64,000 bases of DNA, taken from the NCBI GenBank assembly GCA_963810275.1, contig CAWENF010000020.1, positions 32,001-96,000 of the forward strand, written 5' to 3'. This DNA is from an uncultured archaeon (GTDB lineage: Archaea; Thermoproteota; Bathyarchaeia; Bathyarchaeales; Bathycorpusculaceae). A model generated the notes under the pieces. That model saw only the letters and a list, made by a program, of their open reading frames with translations. It did not search any database and was not told the origin of the DNA. Position numbers and translations under genes: made by a program. Below, piece by piece: positions 40,281 through 50,519 of the stretch (position 1 is the first letter of the stretch; every line of letters starts with the position of its first letter).

Positions 40281-41276
40281 TTAGCCTCCAATAGTGTTCA
40301 TCACGTTTAGGCACGGGTTCAAGCGTCCATTTCGGATTATGCCCACGACGCCTTCAGGTTTTTTCCGGTAACTCTCGATTAGGAACGTTTCGATTTCAGC
40401 GTCGGATTTGCTGCCTCTAAGCAAGCTCTTAACGTCATTAGTAGGGTTTTCAAACAGGCAAGTTAGGAATTTGCCATCCGAAGTTAAACGCACCCTGTTG
40501 CAGAAAGCACAGAAGGGTTCACTTATCGAGGAAATAAAGCCCAAGGTTGCTTTGTCACCTAAGCTATAAAGCCGTGCAGGCTCGGAGGAGTCGTTGTTTA
40601 GGGGTTGTAATTTAAATCCGCTCTGGCTTAGCTGCTCAAACATTTCAGTTTTTGGGACGACTAAGCTTTGGTTCCATATGTGGGAACCGTCAAGCGGCAT
40701 AAACTCAATGAATCGCACACTGACACCTTCATCAGCTGCAAACTGGGCGAACTGGGGGATTTCTTTGTCGTTCCACCCACGAATGACAACCATATTGACT
40801 TTGACTTCCATGCCTTCATCACGGGAAGCCCGTATTGAGTGCACAACTTTAGGCAGACCCTCAATACCAGTAATGGTTTTGAATTGATTCGGCACCATGG
40901 AATCTAAGCTTATGTTTACGCTACTCAATCCTGCCTCTTTTAGTACGGAGATTTTGTCGGCTAGTAAAACGCCGTTAGTTGTTAAACCGAGACTTTTGAT
41001 GCCTTGGATATTCTGCAGTTTCGCAACGAGTTTTTCAAGTTGCGGGCGCACAAGAGGTTCACCGCCTGTTAGACGGATTTTTTCAACGCCCAACCGCGCA
41101 AAAATCCCCGCTAAACGGGTAATTTCCTCGTATGAGAGAACTTCTTCGCGAGGAAACCAAGAGAATTTTTTGGAGGGCATGCAGTACATGCAGCGCATGT
41201 TGCATCTGTCGGTGACTGATACGCGTAGTTTTTTGGGGATTCTGGCATAGTGGTCAACCATCAAGCACTGTGTCAC
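40281..41276 (-). CDS. moaA: GTP 3',8-cyclase
   Basis: CNMRCMYC, TGGEP, RFIEFMP, FCAFCNRVRL, C-terminal IGG. Confidence 0.95.
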   Translation of the reverse strand: MTQCLMVDHYARIPKKLRVSVTDRCNMRCMYCMPSKKFSWFPREEVLSYEEITRLAGIFARLGVEKIRLTGGEPLVRPQLEKLVAKLQNIQGIKSLGLTTNGVLLADKISVLKEAGLSSVNISLDSMVPNQFKTITGIEGLPKVVHSIRASRDEGMEVKVNMVVIRGWNDKEIPQFAQFAADEGVSVRFIEFMPLDGSHIWNQSLVVPKTEMFEQLSQSGFKLQPLNNDSSEPARLYSLGDKATLGFISSISEPFCAFCNRVRLTSDGKFLTCLFENPTNDVKSLLRGSKSDAEIETFLIESYRKKPEGVVGIIRNGRLNPCLNVMNTIGG

Positions 41277-42562
41277 GTATAAGCGCCTCCTGAGGTGGGT
41301 CTTAGCATGTGAACTTCTATGGTTTGGTTTTGTTTTAGTTGTGTTTTGTTTTCGGTGATTATGACTGCGTCTGAGTCTGTGAGGGTTGAAAGCAAGCTCG
41401 CTGCTGCCGCAGATATAGGTTCCGCAAGATAGCTTACGTTTCCGTTTTTGTCTTTTTCTGTTTTGATTTTTACTCTGACAAAGTTCCGAAATGATTCGTT
41501 GAGTTTGACGTCGGCGGTTAGCTTTGCAAGCAATTTAGGCTCAGGCAACCCAGACGTCTGAAGCATTTTGTAGAGTAGAGGTTTGCCAAATGTGAAAAAC
41601 GCAAAGTATGCTGCAACAGGGTATCCCGGGCAGTTTAGGACAGGTCTGTCCTCAATCAGTGAAAGCCCAGTTGGAGAACCTGGACGCATAGCGACGCCGT
41701 GCACTAAAACGCCGGGTTTACCCATGGAATTTATAACTTTGGGGGCGTAGTCTTTTTCGCCCACTGAAGAGCCCCCTGACATCACAGTCATATCGTACTT
41801 CAATGCCTTTTCTAAGGCAGCTTTAATATGGACTTCGTCGTCCACGCAAATGCCTAAATCTACAGCTTCACCGCCTAATTCGCTAATTAAAGCAGAAAGC
41901 ATGTAGCGATTACTGTCAAAAATCACTGCACCCAGGGATAAATCTGTACCGACTTCAACGAGTTCGCTACCAGTTGAAAAAACAGCCACTTTTGGTTTAC
42001 AGAAAACCTTGACAGTTGAGACCCCGACGGATGCAACTAAGCCTACATCCTGTGCGCGCAGCCATGTTCCTTTTTTTAACAGGATTTTTCCTTTCTGGAT
42101 GTCTTCGCCTATTGGGGACACGTGCTTGCCTTTTGGCACTTCAGTGAAAATCTTAACGAATTTACCATCAGACTCCGCGTATTCTATCATGATCACTGCG
42201 TCTGAGCCTTTTGGAAAACGTGCGCCTGTGGCAACTGCAACTGCCATACCTCCTGAAACTGTATATTGGGTGCAGTCACCGGCAGATAGTGTTCCTGCAA
42301 GTTGGAGGGTAACGGGCGTGTTTTGGGTTGCACCTTTGGTGTCTGCAGCAACAACTGCGTAGCCATCCATGGCGACGCGGGGGAATGGGGGCACGTCTAT
42401 GGGGCTGAAAAAATCTTCGGCTATAACGCGGTTTGCGGCTTCTTTGAGGTTTATGGTTTCTGTTTTTAGCTGTGTTTGGGTTGCGGCGAGGAACTGTTGC
42501 AGGGCTTGGTCTACTGGCGTGTAGTTTTTGAAGCCTTTGTTTTTGTGTTCATGTGGAGATAT
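41273..42562 (-). CDS. moeA: molybdopterin molybdotransferase
   Basis: PPFPRVAMDGYAV, STGSEL, SGGSSVG, RPG; frame open upstream (KGFKNYTPVDQAL..RVIAED) to an ATA at 42562. Confidence 0.92.
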   Translation of the reverse strand: MSPHEHKNKGFKNYTPVDQALQQFLAATQTQLKTETINLKEAANRVIAEDFFSPIDVPPFPRVAMDGYAVVAADTKGATQNTPVTLQLAGTLSAGDCTQYTVSGGMAVAVATGARFPKGSDAVIMIEYAESDGKFVKIFTEVPKGKHVSPIGEDIQKGKILLKKGTWLRAQDVGLVASVGVSTVKVFCKPKVAVFSTGSELVEVGTDLSLGAVIFDSNRYMLSALISELGGEAVDLGICVDDEVHIKAALEKALKYDMTVMSGGSSVGEKDYAPKVINSMGKPGVLVHGVAMRPGSPTGLSLIEDRPVLNCPGYPVAAYFAFFTFGKPLLYKMLQTSGLPEPKLLAKLTADVKLNESFRNFVRVKIKTEKDKNGNVSYLAEPISAAAASLLSTLTDSDAVIITENKTQLKQNQTIEVHMLRPTSGGAYT

Positions 42563-42589
42563 TTTTGTCTACCTCTTTTAGGAAGCAGC

Positions 42590-42615
42590 TCGATATTACT
42601 CTTTAATAATATCAA
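42590..42615. promoter_or_regulatory. candidate ModE-type operator upstream of the moeA operon
   Basis: TCGATATTAC-N6-ATAATATCAA; same architecture as the modA site. Confidence 0.55.
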
Positions 42616-42741
42616 CCGAGTAGGAGAACTAATAAACGTTCTTGAACGTATCCAAAAATTTTTTCCCAAAAAAGTAAACCCATAAAGGGGAACCTGAAAT
42701 AAATGTGGTTTGTTCAGGGGGTAAAAGTGGGAATAGAAGGG

Positions 42742-42951
42742 TTACTTGCCGATTAACACCTCAGTGGACTTCACGATTGCCACAACTTCTTCGCCTTCTT
42801 TTAGATCTAATTCTTCAACGGAGTCTTTAGTTATCACAGATGTCACGATGACAGGCATGGTGACTTCTATTTTCACTCTTGCAGTTATGACACCTTTTTC
42901 TATTTCGACAATTTTTCCTTTAAACTGGTTTTTTGCACTCAACTTCAACAT
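42742..42951 (-). CDS. mop: Mop/TOBE molybdate-binding protein (molbindin)
   Basis: LSAKNQFKGKI..SVITKDSVEELDL..AIVKSTEV. Confidence 0.9.
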   Translation of the reverse strand: MLKLSAKNQFKGKIVEIEKGVITARVKIEVTMPVIVTSVITKDSVEELDLKEGEEVVAIVKSTEVLIGK

Positions 42952-43357
42952 TGTACATCTCCAAAAAACTTTGCCGAGTAATAACATAGACGAGTTTCAT
43001 ACTTATTTATTGAGTAATCAATTGGCAAATCTCACTATCACTACTGTTCATAAACTGCTGCATACAACACAAAGAAAACATAAAAAAACCCAGACGCAAC
43101 TTGCCTTGTGGCACAATAGGAATTTCATCATAGCACAAGACAAAACTGGAGATTACTCTGCAACAAGTCAGCCATTACCTAATCAGCAACAAAAAATAGA
43201 CGCCGAAACTAAACCCCAATTAAGGTCGAGGCCGCCAACCGCTTCATTGCATTAGAAAAACAGAAGTCTAAAAGCGAAAGTCACATCTAACATCTGCTAA
43301 TCTTGCTTCTAAAAGCATTTATGTATGGAAATACGTTAAAAAGTACGAAGATGCTGT

Positions 43358-43922
43358 ATGTCTGAAAAAATGAGAGCTTTCATAGCTTTTGACCTTGCAA
43401 ACGACAGTGTCGTGAACAGAATTGCCGCGGCACAGAAAATGATTATACAAACAAACGCCGACGTAAAACTCGTTGAGCCAAAAAACATCCACGTAACAGT
43501 TCGGTTTTTAGGCGAAATCGCCCCTGACATGGCAGACAAAGTCTATGAAGCCATGAAAAACATCAAGTATACACCTTTTAACATCCAGCTAACAGGCATG
43601 GGGGTTTTTCCCAACCGTCAACTACCCCCGCGTTGTCTGGGCAGGCATAACTGATGGTGCCCAGCAGCTCACAAGCATTTTTGAGCAACTTGAAATACAA
43701 CTACATGACCTCGGATTCAAACCTGAACCCGAAGGTTTCAAACCTCACCTAACCATCGCACGAGTCCGTAGTGGCGCCAACAAACAACGTCTCGTTGATC
43801 TAGTGCAACGTCAAGACAACTATGACTTCGGAAACATCAGAGGGGACTGTCTAAGGCTCAAAAAAAGCGTCCTTTCCCCAAAAGGACCAACCTATACTAC
43901 CCTTAAAGAATACTGTCCATAG
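43358..43922 (+). CDS. thpR: RNA 2',3'-cyclic phosphodiesterase (2H family), +1 frameshift near 43605-43612
   Basis: RAFIA, HVTVRFLG; removing one base from TTTTTCCC gives PRVVWAG..KPHLTIARV..KSVLSPKGPTY, stop 43922. Confidence 0.88.
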
Positions 43923-43933
43923 GCTGATTGGCT

Positions 43934-45352
43934 ATGAACCAAGACGTGTTAACAAAATGGGTGCTTGCTAAAACTACTCCTACAGCAGAGCAACAAACAG
44001 CAGTTGACGCGTTAGTAAAAAAACTTGAAGTACAGATCGCAGACATAGCCAAAACCCAAGGTGTAACCGCTAAAATCCGAGTGGAAGGCTCCGTTGCAAA
44101 AGGTACATGGCTCGCAGAAGACCCTGACATTGACATTTTCATGCAGCTCCCAACGTCTATCCCAAGAAACAAGCTCGGCGAAGTTGGCTTAGGAATCGCT
44201 AAACAAGCCGCAACCGACGCTGAACAGTTGGAGCGCTTCGCTGAGCACCCATACCTAGAAGTTTTCTTGGACGGTTACCGAGTAGACATCGTGCCCTGCT
44301 ACGACGCAGCCCCAGGCGAGTGGATTAGCGCAACCGACCGCACCCCCTACCACACGGATTACATTAAAACACACTTAACACCGAAATTGCAAGCCGAAGT
44401 GCGCCTGCTAAAACGATTTCTAAAAGGCATCGGCGTCTACGGCGCAGAAATCAAAATCGGCGGATTTAGCGGCTACCTATGCGAGCTACTAGTAATACAC
44501 TTTGGTTCTTTTGCCAAAGTAATCGAAGCCTTCGCCGCCTACAGCAAACACATCGTAATCGACATCGAGGGCTTCTATACTGAACGGATGCGAGAAATAG
44601 AGTTGCTTTTCCCCGAGCCGCTGGTCGTCGTTGACCCCGTTGATAAGGGCAGAAACGTGGCTTCAGCGGTTCAGACACAGAGGCTCTACGAATTCATAGC
44701 TGCCACACGCGCATTTCGAAATGTCCCGTCAGAAACGTATTTTTATCCGCCGTCCACCCATGCTGTTGCGCCTAACCTTGTGGAGAGCCACCTCTCAGGT
44801 GAGAACACTGCTCACCTCTACGTGGTCGTTAACGATATACATGCGGTCCCCGACGTATTGTGGGGGCAACTATATCGCACCAAACGTTCCCTGCGCAGGT
44901 TGCTAGAGACCAACGGTTTCCAAGTGCTTCGGGATGCCGCCTGGAGTAACGAGAGCAGCTTAAACATTCTGGTTTTCGAGTTGGAACAGCAGGTTTTGTC
45001 TAATGTTAGGAAGCATTTGGGTCCGCAGCTTGAACGTCCGGGTGACTGCGAAAAGTTTCTTCAAAAATATGCGACGGAAGAAGCGGTATTGATTGGTCCA
45101 TATATTGAGGATGGTCGATGGGCAGTTGAAGTGCACCGCAGATATACAGATGCAGCCAAACTTCTGCTGGATAAACTCTCCGAAAACCCAAAAAACGTAG
45201 GCGTCTCAGATCTCATCGCCAAAGCTGTCAGTAGAGAATTCAAAGTTTTAGTGGATGTGCAGATACTTAAAGTCTATACGGAACACTCGGACTTCGCTGT
45301 TTTCTTAACAAAGTTTCTCTCTGGCAAGCCGTTTTGGCTAATGTCCCATTAA
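43934..45352 (+). CDS. cca: archaeal class I CCA-adding enzyme
   Basis: GSVAKGTWL..DIDIF, AEHPY, VDIVPCY, DRTPYHT, GFSGYLCE. Confidence 0.95.
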   Translation: MNQDVLTKWVLAKTTPTAEQQTAVDALVKKLEVQIADIAKTQGVTAKIRVEGSVAKGTWLAEDPDIDIFMQLPTSIPRNKLGEVGLGIAKQAATDAEQLERFAEHPYLEVFLDGYRVDIVPCYDAAPGEWISATDRTPYHTDYIKTHLTPKLQAEVRLLKRFLKGIGVYGAEIKIGGFSGYLCELLVIHFGSFAKVIEAFAAYSKHIVIDIEGFYTERMREIELLFPEPLVVVDPVDKGRNVASAVQTQRLYEFIAATRAFRNVPSETYFYPPSTHAVAPNLVESHLSGENTAHLYVVVNDIHAVPDVLWGQLYRTKRSLRRLLETNGFQVLRDAAWSNESSLNILVFELEQQVLSNVRKHLGPQLERPGDCEKFLQKYATEEAVLIGPYIEDGRWAVEVHRRYTDAAKLLLDKLSENPKNVGVSDLIAKAVSREFKVLVDVQILKVYTEHSDFAVFLTKFLSGKPFWLMSH

Positions 45353-46129
45353 GCCAAGTGCCAGCATAACTGCGCCTATGGCGAAGCAGTAGATTGAGAA
45401 TAAGTAGAATTTTTTTGCTGCCAACGATTTTTCTAGGATTTTTAGTGCTGCAAAACTTACAGAGACTGTAATTACCAGTGCGGCTGCAAGTTCTAGCGAG
45501 TTTATGCCTGCGGCTGCGAGGGCACCTTGTTCTTGGTAGAGGGTTAACCCTGCTGCGGCGATGATTGATGGTATGGCAAGAAGAAATGAAAACTTGAACG
45601 CTATATCTCTTTTTACACCTAAGAGCAACAGCGCAACTATGGTGAAACCACTCCTTGATGCGCTGGGTATTATGGATAACCCCTGCATTACACCTACTAT
45701 GAGGGCAGTGGAGAGGGAGATTTGGTCGGTGCGTTCTGTGGAGAATCGTGTGGTTAGGAGCATAGTACCGCTTATGATGAACCAAATTCCGAGCCAAAAC
45801 GGTGTGCTAAAATAACCGTCTAGTTGGTCGCCTATTGTGAGAGCGATTATGCCGGTTGCAATGGAGCCGACGATTATGGGTAAGATGAGGTTACCATTTG
45901 CTGAGTGAAAGTCTCTGTGCCAAAGCGATACTAGTACACCTTTGATTGATTTGCGGAAATAAATTAGTATGACTAGCAGTGTTCCTGCATGTAAAAGCAC
46001 GTCAAAAACCAGCGGAACCGATAAACCGAAAAACTGCTCAGCAACCCGCAGGTGCCCTGTGCTGCTGACTGGCAGCCACTCGGTTGTGCCTTGAATGAAC
46101 CCTAACGTGATTGCTTGCAGTAAATCCAT
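45338..46129 (-). CDS. uppP: undecaprenyl-diphosphate phosphatase (BacA family)
   Basis: QGTTEWLPVSSTGH, LHAGT, SRSG, FSFLL. Confidence 0.92.
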   Translation of the reverse strand: MDLLQAITLGFIQGTTEWLPVSSTGHLRVAEQFFGLSVPLVFDVLLHAGTLLVILIYFRKSIKGVLVSLWHRDFHSANGNLILPIIVGSIATGIIALTIGDQLDGYFSTPFWLGIWFIISGTMLLTTRFSTERTDQISLSTALIVGVMQGLSIIPSASRSGFTIVALLLLGVKRDIAFKFSFLLAIPSIIAAAGLTLYQEQGALAAAGINSLELAAALVITVSVSFAALKILEKSLAAKKFYLFSIYCFAIGAVMLALGLMGH

Positions 46130-46199
46130 GTGTGGTCGCTTCTACTGCTTTTAACTGTGATGATATTTAAGGACGCGCTTACTGGGTGACGCTGTGGTA

Positions 46200-47365
46200 C
46201 CAACTTATGATATATTCAGGTAGATTCAAGCCGTTTTCACCCAATCTCTCTGCCAGTTTAACGGGCAAGGGGCTGAGTACGAATGCTGCTCTTGTGTAGA
46301 AGCATCTAGGGAAACTGGGAAATCAGCAACAAGTACTGCACTGGATGCGGTTTGACTTCTTCGAGCAATATGATTTTTAAGTCTGCTTTTTGGGAAAGCG
46401 TGGAGTCTTCGTTTCTTGTTATGGCAAAGACTGTGCCTGAGAATTTTTTTAGAACATCCGCCCAGAGGATTACGGGGCGAGTTTCGCCTGAGCATGAAAG
46501 AAGAATTTCGAGGTCACCTGCACGGGGGTGAGGGTGTTGACTCCTCGGGTTATATAGACGTTGTCGCCTAGGAAACTTTTGATGTGGAAAAGCCGTACAC
46601 CGGTCATTTTGGCGATTTCGTTTGCCTTTCCTCTGCCGCCTAAAAAGAGGTTTGTGCGTTTTTCAAGTAGATCAACGAGTTTTGTATGGGTGTTTGAGTT
46701 GACGTTGACGTCGATCATTTCAGCGACTCGTTTAAACTCTTCAGTACATAACTGGAAGACTTCGTTGACTTCTACGTTACTGTAGATAGCTTCAATTATA
46801 TTGTTCAGCAATTCTAAGGTGCCGAGTCCAAATATGTCGCCAATCATGCCCGTTTCAGCGTATTCGAAGCTGGGTTTTAGTTTGCCTCTGCCTTTGAGTT
46901 GAACGACGTGTCAATACTGAGCGGCAATTTCTGCCATCGGGGACTCCTTTGCTTAAGTGAACAGGCCTATAGAGAATTGGATAGATTTTATTTCTTCTAT
47001 GTACTTGTCTAAGTCTTGCGCCATGACCAATGGATCGTCGCTGTAGCCGCTGCCTGAATTCATTAGCAGAAGCGTCTTTTTGTACCGTCGTTCTAGGTCA
47101 GGCGCAGCGTCATACATGCTTTTACCAGGGAAACCGGGTCGTCTGGTGTTAAAACCACTTTTGTTGCGCCAACCAGCTGTAGCCAACGCTATTTGGCTAA
47201 TGGCGGCGTTAAGCGAGTAAAGTGAGCGACCTGAGCCACCGCAGATAACGAAGTCTGCGCTTTTTGAGCTCCTCATAGAGGGGTGCTAAATCTTTTTTCT
47301 TGGATGGATAAAATGTTTTCCTGTATTCTGTTTACGTATCCGAAACTGCAGTTTTGGGCGTTCAT
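46200..47365 (-). pseudogene. tandem SIS-domain sugar-phosphate isomerase-like gene, multiply disrupted
   Basis: GGSGRSL, NSGSG, GGRGKA, GDLEILLSCSGET, AIT..EDSTLSQKAD; several stops and shifts; 3' end approximate. Confidence 0.7.
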
Positions 47366-47613
47366 AGTTAGGGCACGTATATTTTAAAATGATTCAGGAT
47401 TGAATATTATTCTTGTGCTTGCAACACATGTCTTAACTTGATTCTAATTTACTGCTAAAGCTGAAACGCCGCTTCAGAGAGCCGAGAGAGGTGTTGCTCG
47501 ACCCGATAGCCGCCTCCAAAGTTATATACTAGGCGGAAATCTTTGGGAACATATGTTTTGTTTTTTATGTGGGTGTGGACGCATGTACTCGACTACACTT
47601 TCTGCAAAAGAAT

Positions 47614-48066
47614 TCAATAGCTATCAACATTTTTATCCATGCTGTTAAGCGAACTCTCGCCGCGGTTGCTGAATTTACCAAGATACCCAAAAGGATAAGA
47701 AAATAAGAAGATCTCAACCACTCCAAGAACAATTGAGAACTCTAAACCGAAAACTGTCCGTATCAAGAGGTTTATTGTCAAAAAAAATAACAACAAGAAA
47801 AAGCCGTTGAGCCAGAAACCTATCTGCCAGCCTTGGCAGCGATACAAACGATGAATTAGGATAATGTTCAAAACGCCCAGAATTATGGGTTGGATACAAA
47901 ACATCGCTAGTACAAACAAGGCGAACCCTATCGGCGGCATATAGAGCAAAAACACGTTTTGGCATAAATCCAGAAATAGTTGAATGCCAACAAGTGCAGT
48001 TGTTATTACTAAACCGTGGATGAAAATTGGTTTTGACAGTTTAAGCATTTTGGGCAATCCATTCAC
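47614..48066 (-). CDS. 4-TM hypothetical membrane protein
   Basis: Four hydrophobic segments; overlaps the upstream gene end (start may be ~48048). Confidence 0.6.
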   Translation of the reverse strand: MNGLPKMLKLSKPIFIHGLVITTALVGIQLFLDLCQNVFLLYMPPIGFALFVLAMFCIQPIILGVLNIILIHRLYRCQGWQIGFWLNGFFLLLFFLTINLLIRTVFGLEFSIVLGVVEIFLFSYPFGYLGKFSNRGESSLNSMDKNVDSY

Positions 48067-50416
48067 CTACTTTTTGTTCAGCTAATCTTCCACGTATGCC
48101 ATAATGGTTATCGGCGTCGTTCCAGTATACAATCCAGCAGCCTCTAATGTCCATACCTCTAAAAAGATTCAAACCTTTAATGATGAAACTGCACTGAGCG
48201 GCGTCATCGCTTGTTGACATTCCAAACTCAGAAATAACCACTTCTTTATTGGTTATTTTTTGGAGATACTGAATCATATTGGGCGAAACGGTTAGAAAAG
48301 AATCCATAAAGACATCAAATCCAACAAAGTCCAGTTTTTCACTGAATTTTATTGGAAGGTTAGTTCGAGCGACGAAGGCTGGTGAGAAATTGGTGTAGAG
48401 TTGGGCAGGAAGCTGATGCTGCTCAACTGCTATGTAAATGTCTTCGAATTTGGAGCCTGCTTCGTCGTCTGTAAATAAGGCACCCATCTCCCATGACGAG
48501 GCCACGTCGGGCTCATTAAGGATCTGAATATAGGCTAGGTCACTACCCCACCTGTCAAGATAGAAGTTTATGTCACTCAAACTTGAGTGTCCATTGATAA
48601 TTACAGCAACTTTCACGCCAAGTTCACGAATGGCGCTAAAAAACACGTCGGAAAGAGTATTCAAGTAAGAAGTGAGGATAGTTGAATCGCAGACGAGGTT
48701 GACCCGTATTACGGTGAACCCTAATTCTTTAAGGTGAGCTACTTCGCTGAAAATTTGCTCCACACTATCCCGTTCATAAACGTAGGTAACGCCTACCTCG
48801 AATGAATTCGAGTTTCCATTGGATGAAGCTGAATAGAAAATGTATGGAAAGAAAAACTGAACAAAAACTAAGACGAAACATAAGCAAATTATCGATAATG
48901 TCCATACAAGTTTGTTCTGCGTAATTGCAACAAGGCGTTTTTTCTTCAGAAAACTCTTCATATCGACCTTTCTGAATTCAGAGAGGCGTTGCCTTTTTAA
49001 GTACAGCATAAAACTGACGCTGGCAGCAATAATTATCGCTACACCTGCAAAAAATATTTCACTTGGGAAACGCTCCGTTACTGTGAAAAGAACTGCATCT
49101 GATATGCCAACTATTCTTGCAGAATTGATTGCGCTGACAGTAATGTTGTGAGTTCCGGCAGATAATTTTGACAGGGTTGTGTTTCCAGTTATTACTACTT
49201 CTTGCTGGCCATCAAGAATGTAGCTGAGCGAAACGGTTTTTTCATTTACTGTAAATGTTAGGGGGATGTCGTTTATGTCATATGTTTCGCTCTGTGGACT
49301 AGATATGCTAACTGTTGGTGCCTGAGAGGTGACTTGGGGCGAGAATTTTATTATGAATGAGTTTTCTAATGTTGTTCCCGCAAGAGCGTATCCGCCATCC
49401 CCTGTTGAGATTAGACATGTAGCAGGGTAACCGCGCACTTCTGTTATTGATGGAAATCCCAACTGTGTTTGCCAGATTTCGCTACCTGACGAATCAGCAC
49501 CCATAAGAGTTGCAGCTCTAGGTCTAACAACAAGATACCCGTTATTAGCGGTCTGTATAACTGAACTAAAACTGTCATCAGGATATTGAGCGTAAGGTAG
49601 ATTCCACTGTTCATAACCTTGGGAATTTATTTTAATAATCCACGGAATCATGCCGCCGCTAGATTGCCACATTCCAGTTCCTGAAAGAATAAAGCCGCCA
49701 TCGTTGGTTCTATCCAAAGAGTAAACGAAATGGGGATTCAAGGGGTCGCCGTAAACATAGTTCTGGCTCCACTGCTGATTACCGTTTGAATCGAGCCGCG
49801 TCAGCCAAAAGTTATTCTTCCAATTGCCAGCCATCACGCAACCACGATCAACAGTGTTCGCAATTGTGGAAATACGAAAACCGCCAGTATAATTGAGGTC
49901 CCAAACGATGTTTCCTTGAGGGTCAAATTTGCGTAGCCACACATAGGTCTCTGAAAAACGCCAGTCGCCGTTACCAGTAACTATGAAGTCGCCATCAGCA
50001 GATAGGATTCCCTGCTGGATACCTTTCGCATCAACTGAGAATGTTGAAAGAATATTTCCCTGAGAATCTATGCTGGTTACGTCGCCATTTGCGCAGAATA
50101 AGACATAGGTAAGGTCACTGGTTTCTGCTATTGAAACGATGTTGCCAAGGTTCTTCTGCCATTGTATGTTCCCTGTTAAATCGCATTTGATGAATGAAGC
50201 CACGTTAGAAGATGATGCAGTTCCAGCTATGGCGTAGCCTCCGTCTGAGGTTTGTATGATAGAGGTAGCTTGCAGCCCAGAGTAGGTTTGATGCCATTCA
50301 ATTGGAGGCGGATCAGCGGCGGGGGATTGTGGAATTGAAAAAAGGACTAAAACAACTAAAATCATGAGAAATCCGTTTGCTATTATTTTTAGGTGGGCTA
50401 GTTGATAGCGCTTCAA
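48041..50416 (-). CDS. surface protein: beta-propeller repeats, Ig-like domain, two TM helices, clan GH-A glycoside hydrolase-like domain
   Basis: Signal peptide; (T)xDGG(Y/F) repeats; PTVSISSP..YILDG..GTHNITVSA; two TMs; QILNEPD and VISEFG. Confidence 0.75.
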   Translation of the reverse strand: MKRYQLAHLKIIANGFLMILVVLVLFSIPQSPAADPPPIEWHQTYSGLQATSIIQTSDGGYAIAGTASSSNVASFIKCDLTGNIQWQKNLGNIVSIAETSDLTYVLFCANGDVTSIDSQGNILSTFSVDAKGIQQGILSADGDFIVTGNGDWRFSETYVWLRKFDPQGNIVWDLNYTGGFRISTIANTVDRGCVMAGNWKNNFWLTRLDSNGNQQWSQNYVYGDPLNPHFVYSLDRTNDGGFILSGTGMWQSSGGMIPWIIKINSQGYEQWNLPYAQYPDDSFSSVIQTANNGYLVVRPRAATLMGADSSGSEIWQTQLGFPSITEVRGYPATCLISTGDGGYALAGTTLENSFIIKFSPQVTSQAPTVSISSPQSETYDINDIPLTFTVNEKTVSLSYILDGQQEVVITGNTTLSKLSAGTHNITVSAINSARIVGISDAVLFTVTERFPSEIFFAGVAIIIAASVSFMLYLKRQRLSEFRKVDMKSFLKKKRLVAITQNKLVWTLSIICLCFVLVFVQFFFPYIFYSASSNGNSNSFEVGVTYVYERDSVEQIFSEVAHLKELGFTVIRVNLVCDSTILTSYLNTLSDVFFSAIRELGVKVAVIINGHSSLSDINFYLDRWGSDLAYIQILNEPDVASSWEMGALFTDDEAGSKFEDIYIAVEQHQLPAQLYTNFSPAFVARTNLPIKFSEKLDFVGFDVFMDSFLTVSPNMIQYLQKITNKEVVISEFGMSTSDDAAQCSFIIKGLNLFRGMDIRGCWIVYWNDADNHYGIRGRLAEQKVGEWIAQNA

Positions 50417-50519
50417 GTATATTATCCACTACTTTGCTTAAATCACAAGCCACTTACCGTTTATTAATTATTGCTAAAAAACACTGAAAGCTCGCGAGTT
50501 TATACCTACAAGTGTAAAA

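Noticed and set aside
42746-43255. 169-aa plus-strand ORF
   Set aside because: Antisense to mop; the remainder has no recognisable motif.
47455-47560. Known riboswitch (TPP, SAM-I, c-di-AMP, fluoride) or glmS ribozyme
   Set aside because: Required conserved cores are absent; kept only as an unassigned structured candidate.
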